DNA of 64,000 bases, from the NCBI GenBank assembly GCA_963762145.1, contig CAVXJS010000021.1, positions 608,001-672,000 on the forward strand, given 5' to 3'. The notes beneath the pieces were generated by a model. The model searched no databases, was not told the origin of the DNA, and was given only the letters and a program-made list of their open reading frames with translations. The translations under genes were made by a program, and so were the position numbers. The DNA is from an uncultured Candidatus Rokubacteria bacterium (GTDB taxonomy: Bacteria; Methylomirabilota; Methylomirabilia; Rokubacteriales; CSP1-6). Shown here piece by piece: positions 20,077 to 29,591 of this stretch (the first letter of the stretch is position 1; each line of letters opens with the position of its first letter).

Positions 20077-21065
20077 TCACTCTATGATGTGGTCGGCCTG
20101 CGCCAGCACAGAGGCGGGAATCTTGATACCTAGAGCTGTCGCGGTCTTCAGATTGATGATGAGCTCGAACTTGTTCGGTTGAAGCACCGGAAGATCTGCT
20201 GGCTTGGCGCCTTTGAGAATTCGGCCGGCGTAGATGCCGGCGTGGCGATGCGCATCCGTCATGTTGGTTCCGTAGCTGATCAGACCGCCAGCGGAAACGA
20301 GCTCGCGCCGGTCATAAATAGTGGGCAGTCGGTGGCGGGTAGCCAGTTCAGTAAGCCGATCGCGCGCGGAGACAAAAAGCAGGTCGGGGGTGACAAGCAG
20401 GGCGCCGACCCTCTGCTCGACGAGAATGGCGAAAGCCGTGTCGAAATCGCGCCTGGTGCGGGCGGCCACGACATGGGTCTGCAGCCGGAGCGCGCGGGCG
20501 GCGGCCTCGACATCTTTCGTGTCGGACGCGGCATTGGGGTTGTTCGGATTGACCAGCACGCCGATGGTTCTGGCTGTCGGCACCACCTCGTGCAGAATCT
20601 GCAAGCGTTTCGCCAAGAGCACATTGAACAAAAAACTCACCCCCGTGAGGTTCCCTCCCGGACGACCGAGACTGGCGACGAGACCGAACTTGACGGGGTC
20701 GGCCCCCATCACGAAAACGACGGGGATAGTCGGAGTCGCGGCCTTCCCGCGAGTGCCAGAGCCGTTCCAGCGCTTGTGACGATCACGGTCACCTGACGGC
20801 CGACCAAATCAGCCGCGAGCGGCGACAATCGATCGGATCGGTCCTCCGCCCAGCGGAATTCGATCGTGACGTTGCGGCCGTCGACATAGCCTGCCTCGCT
20901 GAGCCCCTGACGGAACCCGGCCACGTAACCTGCCCAAGCCGCGGCCGTCGAGGTGCCGAGGAAACCGATCACCGGCATTGCTGGCTGCTGCGCGTGAGTG
21001 GCGGCCGACACGACGAGAAGGAAGATGGCCGTGACGACCGTGACCGCTCTGAGCGGCCGTCTCAT
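20077..21065 (-). CDS. ABC transporter substrate-binding protein (frameshift ~20745)
   Basis: [27 protein letters not shown]; [26 protein letters not shown]. Confidence 0.9.
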
Positions 21066-21257
21066 AGCTGTCCTTCACGCGTCATCATCGAAGCCCCCAT
21101 CACCGGTCTGCCCAATGCGCGAACCATCCTGGAAACCTCTCGCCGACTCTGTTGAAGGTCATTTCCTACGCGATGCCCCGGCCGTCGTACGCCGAGGCCT
21201 CGGCTAAGACTACCTCGACGTCGACATCCCTATCAGGTCTGTACCTGTCACATGTGC

Positions 21258-21710
21258 TCATCGGGAAGTCTGCTGCCCGAGCTCTTGGGCAAGCCCGATG
21301 AGGATTCCTTCGGGGCCCCGGATGTAGCAGAGCCGATACGTGTCTTCGTACTGGACCACTTCGCCGACGAGCTCCGCGCCGCGTTTGCCGAGCCTGGCGA
21401 GCGTATCGTCGATGTCCTCCACGGTGAACATAACGCGCAGGTAACCGAGAGCGTTCACCGGGGCGCTGCGGTGATCGGCGACCACAGGCGGCGCGAGGAA
21501 TCGGGACATCTCGAGCCGGCTGTGCCCGTCCGGCGTACGCATCATGGCAATCTCGACGCGCATGTCGCGCAATCCAGTGACGCCATCTGCCCAGGCTCCT
21601 GCGATTGGGGCGCGCCCCTCGAGCTCGAGGCCAAGTTCGGTGAAGAACTCAATGGCGGCGTCGATGTCTTCTACCACGATGCCGACGTTGTCCATACGCT
21701 TGACCGTCAT
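21258..21710 (-). CDS. VOC family protein
   Basis: MDNVGIVVEDI, YRLCYIRGPEGILIGLA. Confidence 0.9.
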   Translation of the reverse strand: MTVKRMDNVGIVVEDIDAAIEFFTELGLELEGRAPIAGAWADGVTGLRDMRVEIAMMRTPDGHSRLEMSRFLAPPVVADHRSAPVNALGYLRVMFTVEDIDDTLARLGKRGAELVGEVVQYEDTYRLCYIRGPEGILIGLAQELGQQTSR

Positions 21711-21724
21711 GATGTCTCCTGGGC

Positions 21725-21777
21725 CTCTAGCGCCGCGTTCAGAGGCGCACCCGGCGCGTCCTCTGCAACGATTAGGC
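21725..21777 (-). mobile_element. Degenerate attC site
   Basis: CTCTAGC..CGTT-CAGAGG ... CCTCTG-c-AACG-ATTAGGC; stem and extrahelical base kept, both core boxes mutated. Confidence 0.65.
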
Positions 21778-21793
21778 TGTCTCGTGAACACCG

Positions 21794-22279
21794 TCACGGC
21801 TGAGACGCCGCGGACGCATGCAGATGGGCAAGCTTCCACGTCTCACGCTCCCAGACGAACAGGAGTGTGCGTCTCTGCAGGGGCAACTGGCGACCGTCAG
21901 CGGTGGACAGCCCGTCAAGCATGAATGTGACGAGCGCCACATCCCCCAAGCGTTCCAGTCTGAGGTCGCGCGGCTTCAGGTGCAGGTAGGGAGGCCCGGG
22001 CCTACGCGCCCGCGTTTCCTCGAAGAACCGCCGCCAACGCGCCTCGACTTCTGTCCTTCCGGTCACGCGATCGGGTGTATCACCAAACGGGAAGAAGACC
22101 GTCGGCTCTGATGCCCAGATGGTCCGGAATGGCTCCCAGTCGAGATCGTCCAGCGCACGTAGGAATCGCTCAGCCGCCGTGCAGACTCCTGCGAGGTCCT
22201 CCGGGGCCTTAGCCTGCGAGGCAGTCACCGGCCCCTGTACCAGCGCAGTTCCCACCACCGAGACCGCCAGAACCGCCAC
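21794..22279 (-). CDS. SnoaL-like / NTF2 family protein
   Basis: FLRALDDLDW, RRTLLF..WKLAHLHAS. Confidence 0.75.
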   Translation of the reverse strand: MAVLAVSVVGTALVQGPVTASQAKAPEDLAGVCTAAERFLRALDDLDWEPFRTIWASEPTVFFPFGDTPDRVTGRTEVEARWRRFFEETRARRPGPPYLHLKPRDLRLERLGDVALVTFMLDGLSTADGRQLPLQRRTLLFVWERETWKLAHLHASAASQP

Positions 22280-22432
22280 ATAACATCACCGGGTCTGCAG
22301 CCACCGTAGGGAACGCATAAGCCCCCTTTGGCACCGGCGGTTCGTTCGCGCGCCGGGGTATCGAAGACTTTCTCCGCACGGCCGGTGGGATCCGCCCTGC
22401 CCCGTCGACCACCGCTAGAGGTTCGGGTGCCA

Positions 22433-22702
22433 TCAGTCGTTGAGGAAGTAGATGTCAGGTCGATCGAGAACGCCGACCTTCTGCATGGTCTCGCGCAGGT
22501 CGGCAGATTCGGCGAATGCCTTCGCGCGGTCTAGGTCCGCGGCGCGGAAGAGGATGACAACCTCGTTCGAGTCGTGAGCGCCCCGGAAAAGGTGCGCTTC
22601 CGTGAGGCCGGCTTCAACACGCTTGGGAAGGTCAGCGTCGTATCCGGGTTTCCACACCGAGAAGTCGCGAACCTTGTGCCGCACGAGCATGTAGCGTGCC
22701 AT
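22433..22702 (-). CDS. Small conserved hypothetical protein
   Basis: LVRHKVRDFSVWK..DSNEVVILF..LRETMQKVGV; GGAGG RBS. Confidence 0.75.
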   Translation of the reverse strand: MARYMLVRHKVRDFSVWKPGYDADLPKRVEAGLTEAHLFRGAHDSNEVVILFRAADLDRAKAFAESADLRETMQKVGVLDRPDIYFLND

Positions 22703-22755
22703 GGAGGGCCTCCTTCAGGTTGGTGAGCTGGTTAGAGGGATGATACCCGATTGCC

Positions 22756-22830
22756 GTCTAACGCTCGCATTCACCCGCGGCCGAGCGAGCGCACGCGAGC
22801 CCGGCCGTCAGGTGCAATGCGTGGTTAGCC
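22756..22830 (-). mobile_element. attC site (intact)
   Basis: GTCTAAC..CGCATT-CACC ... GGTG-c-AATGCG..GTTAGCC, 75 bp. Confidence 0.9.
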
Positions 22831-22840
22831 GGCGCGCCAT

Positions 22841-23281
22841 TCACCGTGGCTCGTATTGCTTTGCGTAGTCGACGGTGAGCCATCGTTCTGGCCGCATACG
22901 AACAAGCACGTTCCCGACCACGTCCCGCGTGCGCTCGATGTACGAGTCGCCCACTTCGGTGCCGAGATAACGGCGCGCGAGGGGGCGCCGGTCGCGCTCA
23001 AGATCCGCCGCTTCGACCGCGACGATCGGCCCCTCCACGCTGACGTACTTATACGGCAGCGTTTCCGTTTGCACGCACAGACTGAATCGGCCCGCGCGCT
23101 CCAGCAGCTTTCCCTTTCGCGACGTCCGACCAGTTATGATTCGGACCTCGCCTCCCGGCTCGTAGGAATACCAAATCGGAACCACGAGCGGCCCATGACC
23201 ATCTTCCGCAACGCTGATGACGGCCACATGAACGTCGGCCAGAAATGCCTCCCGTTCTTCCTTCGTCATCGTGAGCGACAT
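22841..23281 (-). CDS. Pyridoxamine 5'-phosphate oxidase family protein (cassette 3)
   Basis: EREAFLA, VPIWY, YKYVSVEG, RPERWLTVDY. Confidence 0.85.
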   Translation of the reverse strand: MSLTMTKEEREAFLADVHVAVISVAEDGHGPLVVPIWYSYEPGGEVRIITGRTSRKGKLLERAGRFSLCVQTETLPYKYVSVEGPIVAVEAADLERDRRPLARRYLGTEVGDSYIERTRDVVGNVLVRMRPERWLTVDYAKQYEPR

Positions 23282-23310
23282 CGTTGTCCCTTTCGGTCGG
23301 AAACTTCATC

Positions 23311-23380
23311 GGCTAACGCCCGCGCTCACCGGCCGGAGCGAGCAACGTGAGCTCCGGGCCGGTGCCGCGCGACGTTGGGC
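23311..23380 (-). mobile_element. attC site (intact)
   Basis: GGCTAAC..CGCG-CACCGGCCGGAGC ... GCTCCGG-GCCGGTG-c-CGCG..GTTGGGC, 70 bp. Confidence 0.9.
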
Positions 23381-23396
23381 AGCCCCCCGAACACCG

Positions 23397-23792
23397 TCAC
23401 TCGATGACTTCATCTGCATGCACCAGCAGTGATCGAGGGATCGTGAGACCAAGCGCCGTGGCGGTTCTCAGGTTGATGATCAGCTCGAACTTCGTGGGCT
23501 GCTCCACGGGGAGGTCACCCGGCTTGGCGCCCTTCAAGATCCTGTCCACGTACTCGGCAGCTCGACGATAGATCTGCCGTCGATTGACGCCGTACGACAT
23601 CAACCCGCCCTCCTCGGCATAGTCTCTGCCCGGGTACATCGCCGGGAGCCTGACCTTTGCTGCAAGATCGGCGATCTGTCGGCGAAGGCTGTACGTCAAT
23701 GGATCCGGGATGACGAGCAAGCCACCTGCGCCAGCCGCGATCGCGGCCTCGAACTGGCGTGGCACCTGATCGGCGGTTCTCGCCTCAACCAA
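23397..23792 (-). pseudogene. 5'-truncated ABC substrate-binding protein gene (cassette 2)
   Basis: Only the C-terminal ~130 aa ([22 protein letters not shown]) remain, ~35 bp from the upstream attC. Confidence 0.8.
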
Positions 23793-23828
23793 GCCGACCG
23801 AGTTCGCGACCTCGCGCCCATCCCTGCC

Positions 23829-23889
23829 CTCTAACGTTTGAGCTCAGCGGCGGCCTGAAAGGGCCGTCCGCTGCAGCGACTTGTTAGGT
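23829..23889 (-). mobile_element. attC site (intact, first cassette)
   Basis: CTCTAAC..GCT-CAGCGG-cggcc tgaaa gggccg-CCGCTG-c-AGC..GTTAGGT, 61 bp; gene stop TAA lies inside the R'' box. Confidence 0.9.
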
Positions 23890-24198
23890 GGAATACGCTG
23901 GGCCACCTATGCCAGGAACCACCACTGTTTTAAAGATTGCCGATTCCCGGTCGGTTGCCAACGACAAGAGCTCGAGGTCAGCGCGATAGGCGGCGAACTG
24001 CTCCTGGCCAGGGAAGCTGACAAGATGTATCTCAAACGGGATATCTGGCGAATTCTCTTGCCCCGTGCGAACCACCTTTTCAATTGAGCCGCCATACTTC
24101 CTCATGATTCGGGCCGCCTTTCGCTCATAGGCTTCGAATTCAGCAACGGCGCCTGGGCGGACCCACAGACTTACGACCCGATAGATTGGACTCTGCAC
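23884..24198 (-). CDS. DUF1330-like small protein (cassette 1)
   Basis: FEAYERKAARIMRKYGG, FEIHLVSFP; GGAGG RBS; lower GC. Confidence 0.75.
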   Translation of the reverse strand: MQSPIYRVVSLWVRPGAVAEFEAYERKAARIMRKYGGSIEKVVRTGQENSPDIPFEIHLVSFPGQEQFAAYRADLELLSLATDRESAIFKTVVVPGIGGPAYST

Positions 24199-24214
24199 TC
24201 AAACCTCCAAGCCC

Positions 24215-24280
24215 ACCTAACTAGAAGTATCCCGGGCCGCATATTTCCCCCCCCCGGGGTGGGTCTGATGCGGATAATCC
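24215..24280 (-). mobile_element. attI-like primary recombination site
   Basis: Minus strand TTATCCGCA..ATATGCGG..GATACTTCTA-GTTAGGT; GTTAGGT complements the cassette-1 R'' ACCTAAC; no attC hairpin. Confidence 0.75.
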
Positions 24281-24401
24281 CGGCCGGATGGCCGGGTGAT
24301 GTGGCGGGAGCGGCGCGTGGGGGCACGTGGTTGCGCATGGTCCCGGGGTGCTCAGTTTTACACGGACCTGGGTATTTCTGGTGGGGATTGGGGATGGGCG
24401 A

Positions 24402-24576
24402 TTAGAGGAGAGGGAGGCGGTCGGCGGGGCTGAGGACGCCGGCGGGGCCTCGGTTGAGAACGTCGGTGTAGATCATGGTGGTCGAGACGTCGCGGTGGCC
24501 GAGGGGCTGCAGTGGCGGGCGCGCAGGGCCGCGCGCACGCGATCCAATAGCCGCGGCGCGCGTCGAGAGGCGTCAT
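24402..24576 (-). pseudogene. intI: Integron integrase remnant (N- and C-termini only)
   Basis: [17 protein letters not shown] (24556-24506) joined out of frame to [30 protein letters not shown] (24503-24402), both IntI hallmark termini. Confidence 0.9.
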
Positions 24577-24641
24577 GGCGTCAGGCTATCGGGGCGGCGC
24601 CGGCACGCAAGACGTGGACATGGCGATACACGGGCGGTAGC

Positions 24642-25629
24642 ATGCAGAGCCGGATGCCCTTCGCCTACTTCCAGCGGCTCACGCGGCGCCAGCAGGCGAT
24701 CTATCTCGAGAGCGACGGCATCGTGACGATGCCGCTGCCGCAGGCGCGGACGGCTCCAGCCCGTCGTGACCGCGCTGGCCCGGGCGCTCGAGGGCGGCGA
24801 TCGCGCCACCACCGAGGCGGCTGCGCAGCGGCTGGTCGCGGGCCTGGCCCGCGCGCTGGGCGCGCCGCCGGTGCGCGTGAGCGTGCTGGCCGCGCGGCCG
24901 CACGCGCGCTGGGGCGAGCTGCACGGGCTCTACGAATCGCCCGGACGCGGCCCGGAGCCGCCGCTGATCACCCTCTGGATGCGCACCGCGCGGCAGAAGC
25001 GCGTGGTGGCCTTCCGCACCTTCCTCCGCACGCTACTCCACGAGGTGGGGCACCACGTGGACTATACTCTGCTGCGGCTGGGCGACTCCTTCCACACCCA
25101 GGGCTTCTACGCGCGGGAGTCGCACCTGTTCCATCAACTGGTCACCGACGGGGGCATCCTCATGGCGAGTGTCGAAGAGCAGATGGCGCGCATGGAGCGC
25201 ACGGCGGAGGACTATGCGGCCGCCATCAAGGGCGTGTCGGACGCCGCGCTCAGCAAGCGGCCGGACGACAAGAGCTGGTCGGCCAAGGAATCGCTGTGCC
25301 ACGTGCGCGACACCGAGGAGTCCTTCATGATCCGGTTCCAGACCATCATGGAGATGGACGAGCCGCGGTTCCTGCCCGGCGATCCCGACCGCTGGGCGAC
25401 GGAGCGCCAGTATCAGAGAAACGACGCGGGCGAGGCGCTGCAGGCCTTCCGGGTGCGGCGCGACGAGACCTTGAAGTTCCTGCGCGGGCTACGGCCCGAG
25501 CACTGGGAGCGCGGCGGCGTGCACCCGACCCGGGGCCGCATGACCGTCAAGGACTTCGTGGGCCTCATGGCCTGGCACGACGACAACCACCTCGATCAGC
25601 TCAAGCGGGCGCTCGCGGGCAAGCCCTAG
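24642..25629 (+). CDS. HExxH-motif domain fused to DinB family domain (frameshift ~24750)
   Basis: TLLHEVGHH; WSAKESLCHVRD, HPTRG, AWHDDNHLDQ. Confidence 0.75.
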
Positions 25630-26319
25630 CGCGCGCCCGCCTGCCGCAGGCGCGCCGCCATCGCGTCGTAGCCCGCGGCCCTGGGCAAGGGCCAGCGGCG
25701 TCTTGCCGCCGCGATCCGCCAGGTTCACGTTCGCGCCCGCGTCGATCAGCGCGATCAGGGTGTCGGTGTGGCGCGCGCCGCCATCGCCCAGCACGATGGA
25801 CTCGATCAGCGCGGTCCAGCCCAGGTTGTTGACGTGGTCGAGCGGGGCGCCCGCGCGGATGAGCGTGCGCACCACCTCCGCGTGGCCCAGGTGCGCAGCC
25901 GCGATCAGCGCGGTGCCGTCGTAGCGGCTGGTCACGTTCCGCGCGCTCGCGCCCACCTCCAGCGCCACCCGCAGGGTCGGCACGTCGCCGGCCACCGCCG
26001 CGATCGTCACGATGTCGTAGCGGTCGCGCTCGAGGGCGTTCGGGTCGGCGCCCGCGGCGACGAGGGCCCGCATGGCCTCGTGGTGCCCGCCGTAGGCGGC
26101 CACGTGCAGGGGCGTGCGGCCGTAGGCGTCGCGGCCGTCGGGCTTCTGACCGCTCGCGACCAGCGCCTTGATCTGCGCCGCGTCGCCCCGGGCCGCGGCG
26201 GCGAGGAGCCCAGTGTAGCCGGCCCGGTCCTCCGCCGAGGGCGGCACCTGCGCCGCCACGTAGCCGGCCCAGCCGGCCAGGAACGCGAGCGCCACCGCGC
26301 GGGCGATCGCGCGGGCCAT
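25626..26319 (-). CDS. Ankyrin repeat protein (frameshift near 3' end)
   Basis: GRTPLHVAA, GTALIAAA, GWTALIES, GKTPLALA. Confidence 0.85.
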
Positions 26320-26327
26320 CGTGCAGA

Positions 26328-26600
26328 TCAGGGCCGCCCGGCGATGTGCTGGGCCGCCTCGGCCGAGGTGCGTACCGGGATGATCTCGAAGTGGGCCACG
26401 TCGCTCCAGGCCTTCATCCAGACGTCGAACAGCGACCGGTCCTCGGTGCGCATGAGCTGAAAGCACCGGAAGTAGTCGAGATCCACCCAGCTGTCCACGT
26501 ACTCGAGCCCGGGCGGGAGCTGGCGGCCGCGCTCGCGGGCCCGGCGATAGATCTCGGGCGCCGCGCCCGCGTTGAAGTACTCGATGACCATGTAGAGCAT
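26328..26600 (-). CDS. DUF3303 family protein
   Basis: MLYMVIEYF..GRQLPPGLEYVDSWV..RCFQLM..FEIIPV. Confidence 0.8.
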   Translation of the reverse strand: MLYMVIEYFNAGAAPEIYRRARERGRQLPPGLEYVDSWVDLDYFRCFQLMRTEDRSLFDVWMKAWSDVAHFEIIPVRTSAEAAQHIAGRP

Positions 26601-26605
26601 GCGGC

Positions 26606-27568
26606 TCAGGCGGCGACCGCCGCCTCCACCGTCGGCTGGTAGTGCGGAGCGTCGGGAAAGCCCATGGGGCGCACCGCGGGCAGCGTCACGCCGGCCGCGC
26701 GGTACTCGCCGACGAAGGCCGACACCGCGCGGAAGTCGCCGATGCCGCCCAGCGCGGCCACCAGGCGGTCCGAGACCGCGTCGGGGCCCGGCGCGCGGTC
26801 GAAGGCCGCGACGTCGGCGGTGAAGCCGCTCTGCTCGAGCATCGCGCGGTAGAACGGCAGCACCAGGTAGCGCTGCAGCTCGGTGCGGAAGAGCGCGGTC
26901 GCCGCGGCCCGGTCCGCGGTGAGCGCCGCGGGGGCGGCGGCCACGATCTCGAAGCCCTCGAGCGGCTTGCCCGCGCGGGCGCGGCCCCGCTTGATGGCGG
27001 GCACCGCGTGGTCGCGCACGTAGGCGGGCGCGGCCAGCCAGAGCACGACGCCGTCGGCGATCTCGCCGGCCAGCTCCAGCATGCGCGGGGCGAGCCCGGC
27101 CAGCAGGATCGGCGGGGCGGGCGGGATCTTCGGCAGCCCGCTCTGCCAGTTGACCCGGTAACGCGCGCCCTCGTGACGCACCTTGCCGGTCAGCGCGCCG
27201 CGCAGCACCGTGACGTACTCGCGGATGACCTCGAGCGGCTTGCCCATGTCGAGGCCGAGCGCGCCTTCCATCACCGGGCGATGGCTCACCCCGATGCCCA
27301 GGCGCAGCCGGCCTCCGCTCGTGTCGGAGAGCGTGAGCGCTTCCTGGGCCAGCAGCACCGGATGCCGCGGGTACGTGGGGATCACGCCCGAGCCGAGGCC
27401 CACGTGCGGGGCCACGTGCGCGTAGGCCGACAAGGTCAGCAGCGCGTCGCGGCCGATCCCGTGGGTGACCCAGAGGCTCTCGTAGCCCAGCGCATCGGCG
27501 CGCCGGGCGAGGGCCAGCGCGGGCGCCAGATCGGCGCCGGGGCTCAGGAAGAGCGCGGTGCGCGCCAT
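26606..27568 (-). CDS. LLM class flavin-dependent oxidoreductase
   Basis: ADALGYESLW, GRLRLGIG, PILLAGL..MLELAGEIADG. Confidence 0.9.
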   Translation of the reverse strand: MARTALFLSPGADLAPALALARRADALGYESLWVTHGIGRDALLTLSAYAHVAPHVGLGSGVIPTYPRHPVLLAQEALTLSDTSGGRLRLGIGVSHRPVMEGALGLDMGKPLEVIREYVTVLRGALTGKVRHEGARYRVNWQSGLPKIPPAPPILLAGLAPRMLELAGEIADGVVLWLAAPAYVRDHAVPAIKRGRARAGKPLEGFEIVAAAPAALTADRAAATALFRTELQRYLVLPFYRAMLEQSGFTADVAAFDRAPGPDAVSDRLVAALGGIGDFRAVSAFVGEYRAAGVTLPAVRPMGFPDAPHYQPTVEAAVAA

Positions 27569-28203
27569 CGCGCTCGGCCCCGGCGCCACGCCGAGCGCCG
27601 CGAGCTGGGCGCGCAGGTCGTGGCCCTGGTCCACGCGGTGCAGCACCGCCTGCATGCCGACCGCGCGCGCCGCGTCCACGTTCTTGTCCCAGTCGTCCAC
27701 GAAGACGCACGCCTCGGGTGGCAGGCCCAGGCGATCGGCGGCGAGGCGGAAGATCTCCGGCCGGGGCTTCGCCATGCCGACCTCGGCGGAGACCACGATG
27801 TCGTCGAAGAGGGGTCCAGAGCCAGCTCGCCCTTCAGCCGGCCACGCAGCGAGATATCCGCGTTGCTCAGCACCGAGCAGCGATACCGCGAGCGGAGGGG
27901 CCGGGCCAGTTTGATATTGGCGGCGATCATGGGCTGGGCGCGGCGCCACTCGTCGTGCAGGCGCGGCAGCGGCGCGGCCGGCCCGGCGCTCGAGCTCGCG
28001 GTGGGCGTTCTCCGTCCAGGCCGCGGGATCACCCACACCGCACTCGATATCGTTCCAGGCCGGGCAGCCGTAGAGCGTCTCGAACACCGAGGACTTGGGC
28101 AGGCTGTGGGCGCGATCCAGCTCCCGCGCCACGTCCCAGCGCATGTCCACAGGACGCCGCCGAAGTCGAAGATGACGGCGCGAAGGCTAGTAGCGGGGGC
28201 CAC
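27569..28203 (-). CDS. HAD family phosphatase (several frameshifts)
   Basis: AVIFDFGGVL, VLSNAD, SAEVGMAKP, VFVDD..N spread over three frames. Confidence 0.75.
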
Positions 28204-28449
28204 GCGGACCCGGGCGGGCTTGGGGAGCTCGAGGGCCGCGCGATCAGTCGTGAGTGGCACCCAGCCGCGCTGCTTCATGCACTGCTCGTCCAGCTCCTGC
28301 CCTTGCGTGCACTCGTCCCGGTCGCGCGTGAACTCGGTCACCGTGTAGTTCCCGCCGGGCTTGTACCACTGGCGGTCGCGCTCGGAGCTGCAGCCGGCGG
28401 GAACGAGCGACGCGATGACGAGGAGCAGCAGGCAAAACCGTCCGTTCAT
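28188..28449 (-). CDS. Small hypothetical lipoprotein
   Basis: Signal plus lipobox-like PAGC, WYKPG..RDRDEC..CMKQRGW. Confidence 0.6.
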
Positions 28450-28477
28450 GTCGGGCATGGTACCATGCCGCCCACCG

Positions 28478-29499
28478 ATGCTGGACACCACCATCGCGGG
28501 AAGTCTCCCGAAACCGGAGTGGCTGGCCCCGCCCAACACGCTGTGGGCGCCCTGGCGGCTCGACGGCCGAGCGCTCGAGGAGGGCAAGCGCGACGCGGTG
28601 CTCCTGGCCCTGCGCGAGCAGGAGCAGGCGGGCATCGACATCGTGACCGACGGCGAGCAGACCCGCCGCCACTTCGTGTGGGGCTTCGTCGAGGCCCTCG
28701 ACGGCATCGACTTCTCGAAGATGATCACGATCGGCATCCGCGCCGATCGCTACAAGGCCACCGTGCCGACGGTGACGGGGCCGGTACGGCGCCGCGGCCC
28801 GATCCACGGTGAGGACGTGCGGTGGGCGCGGGCCAATACCGGCCGCCGGCTCAAGCTGACGATCCCGGGGCCGATGACGATCGTGGACACCATCCACGAC
28901 GCGCACTACGGCAGCCGCGAGCGCCTCGCGATGGACCTGGCCCGGCTATCAACGAGGAGGCGCGCGAGCTGGAGGCGCTCGGGCTCGACATGCTCCAGCT
29001 CGACGAGCCCGCCTTCAACGTCTACATGGACGAGGTCCGCGACTGGGGCGTGGCCGCGCTCGACCGCGCGGTGGAGGGCCTGCGCTGTCGCACCGCGGTG
29101 CACATCTGCTACGGCTACGGCATCAAGGCCAACACCGACTGGAAGCAGACGCTGGGCGGCGAGTGGCGCCAGTACGAGCGGACCTTCCCGGTGCTCGCGC
29201 GGAGCCGCATCGGCGGCGTGTCGCTCGAGTGCGCCGGCTCGCGGGTGCCGATCGCGCTCATCGGCCTGCTCGGCGACAAGGACGTGCTGGTGGGGGCGGT
29301 GGACGTGGCCACCGACCGGGTCGAGACGCCCGAGGAGGTGGCCGCGGTGATCCGCGCCGCGATGGCCCACGTGCCCGCCGAGCGCATCTTCCCCTGCACC
29401 AACTGCGGGATGGTGCCGCTCTCCCGGGGCGTGGCGCAGGCCAAGCTGCGGGCGCTCGGAGCGGGCGCGGCCCTGGTGCGCCGGGAGCTCGGCCGGTGA
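28478..29499 (+). CDS. Cobalamin-independent methionine synthase II (catalytic domain only; frameshift ~28945)
   Basis: AGSLPKP, TDGEQ, QLDEP, HICYG, NCGM zinc ligands. Confidence 0.85.
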
Positions 29500-29591
29500 C
29501 GCGGAAGATCCGCGTCGGCTGATCAGCCCTTCGAGATCGGCGCCATGTCATGTCCTCCTTGGCCCCAGCGTCACGGGGGGAGGACGGACAA

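Noticed and set aside
24327-25832. 501-aa plus-strand ORF and other long Arg/Ala/Pro-rich overlapping ORFs
   Set aside because: Shadow ORFs of high-GC DNA; this one is partly antisense to the intI remnant
26606-28449. Lipoprotein-HAD-LLM triple fusion
   Set aside because: The region has several indels and each domain has its own plausible start; fusion cannot be supported without reads
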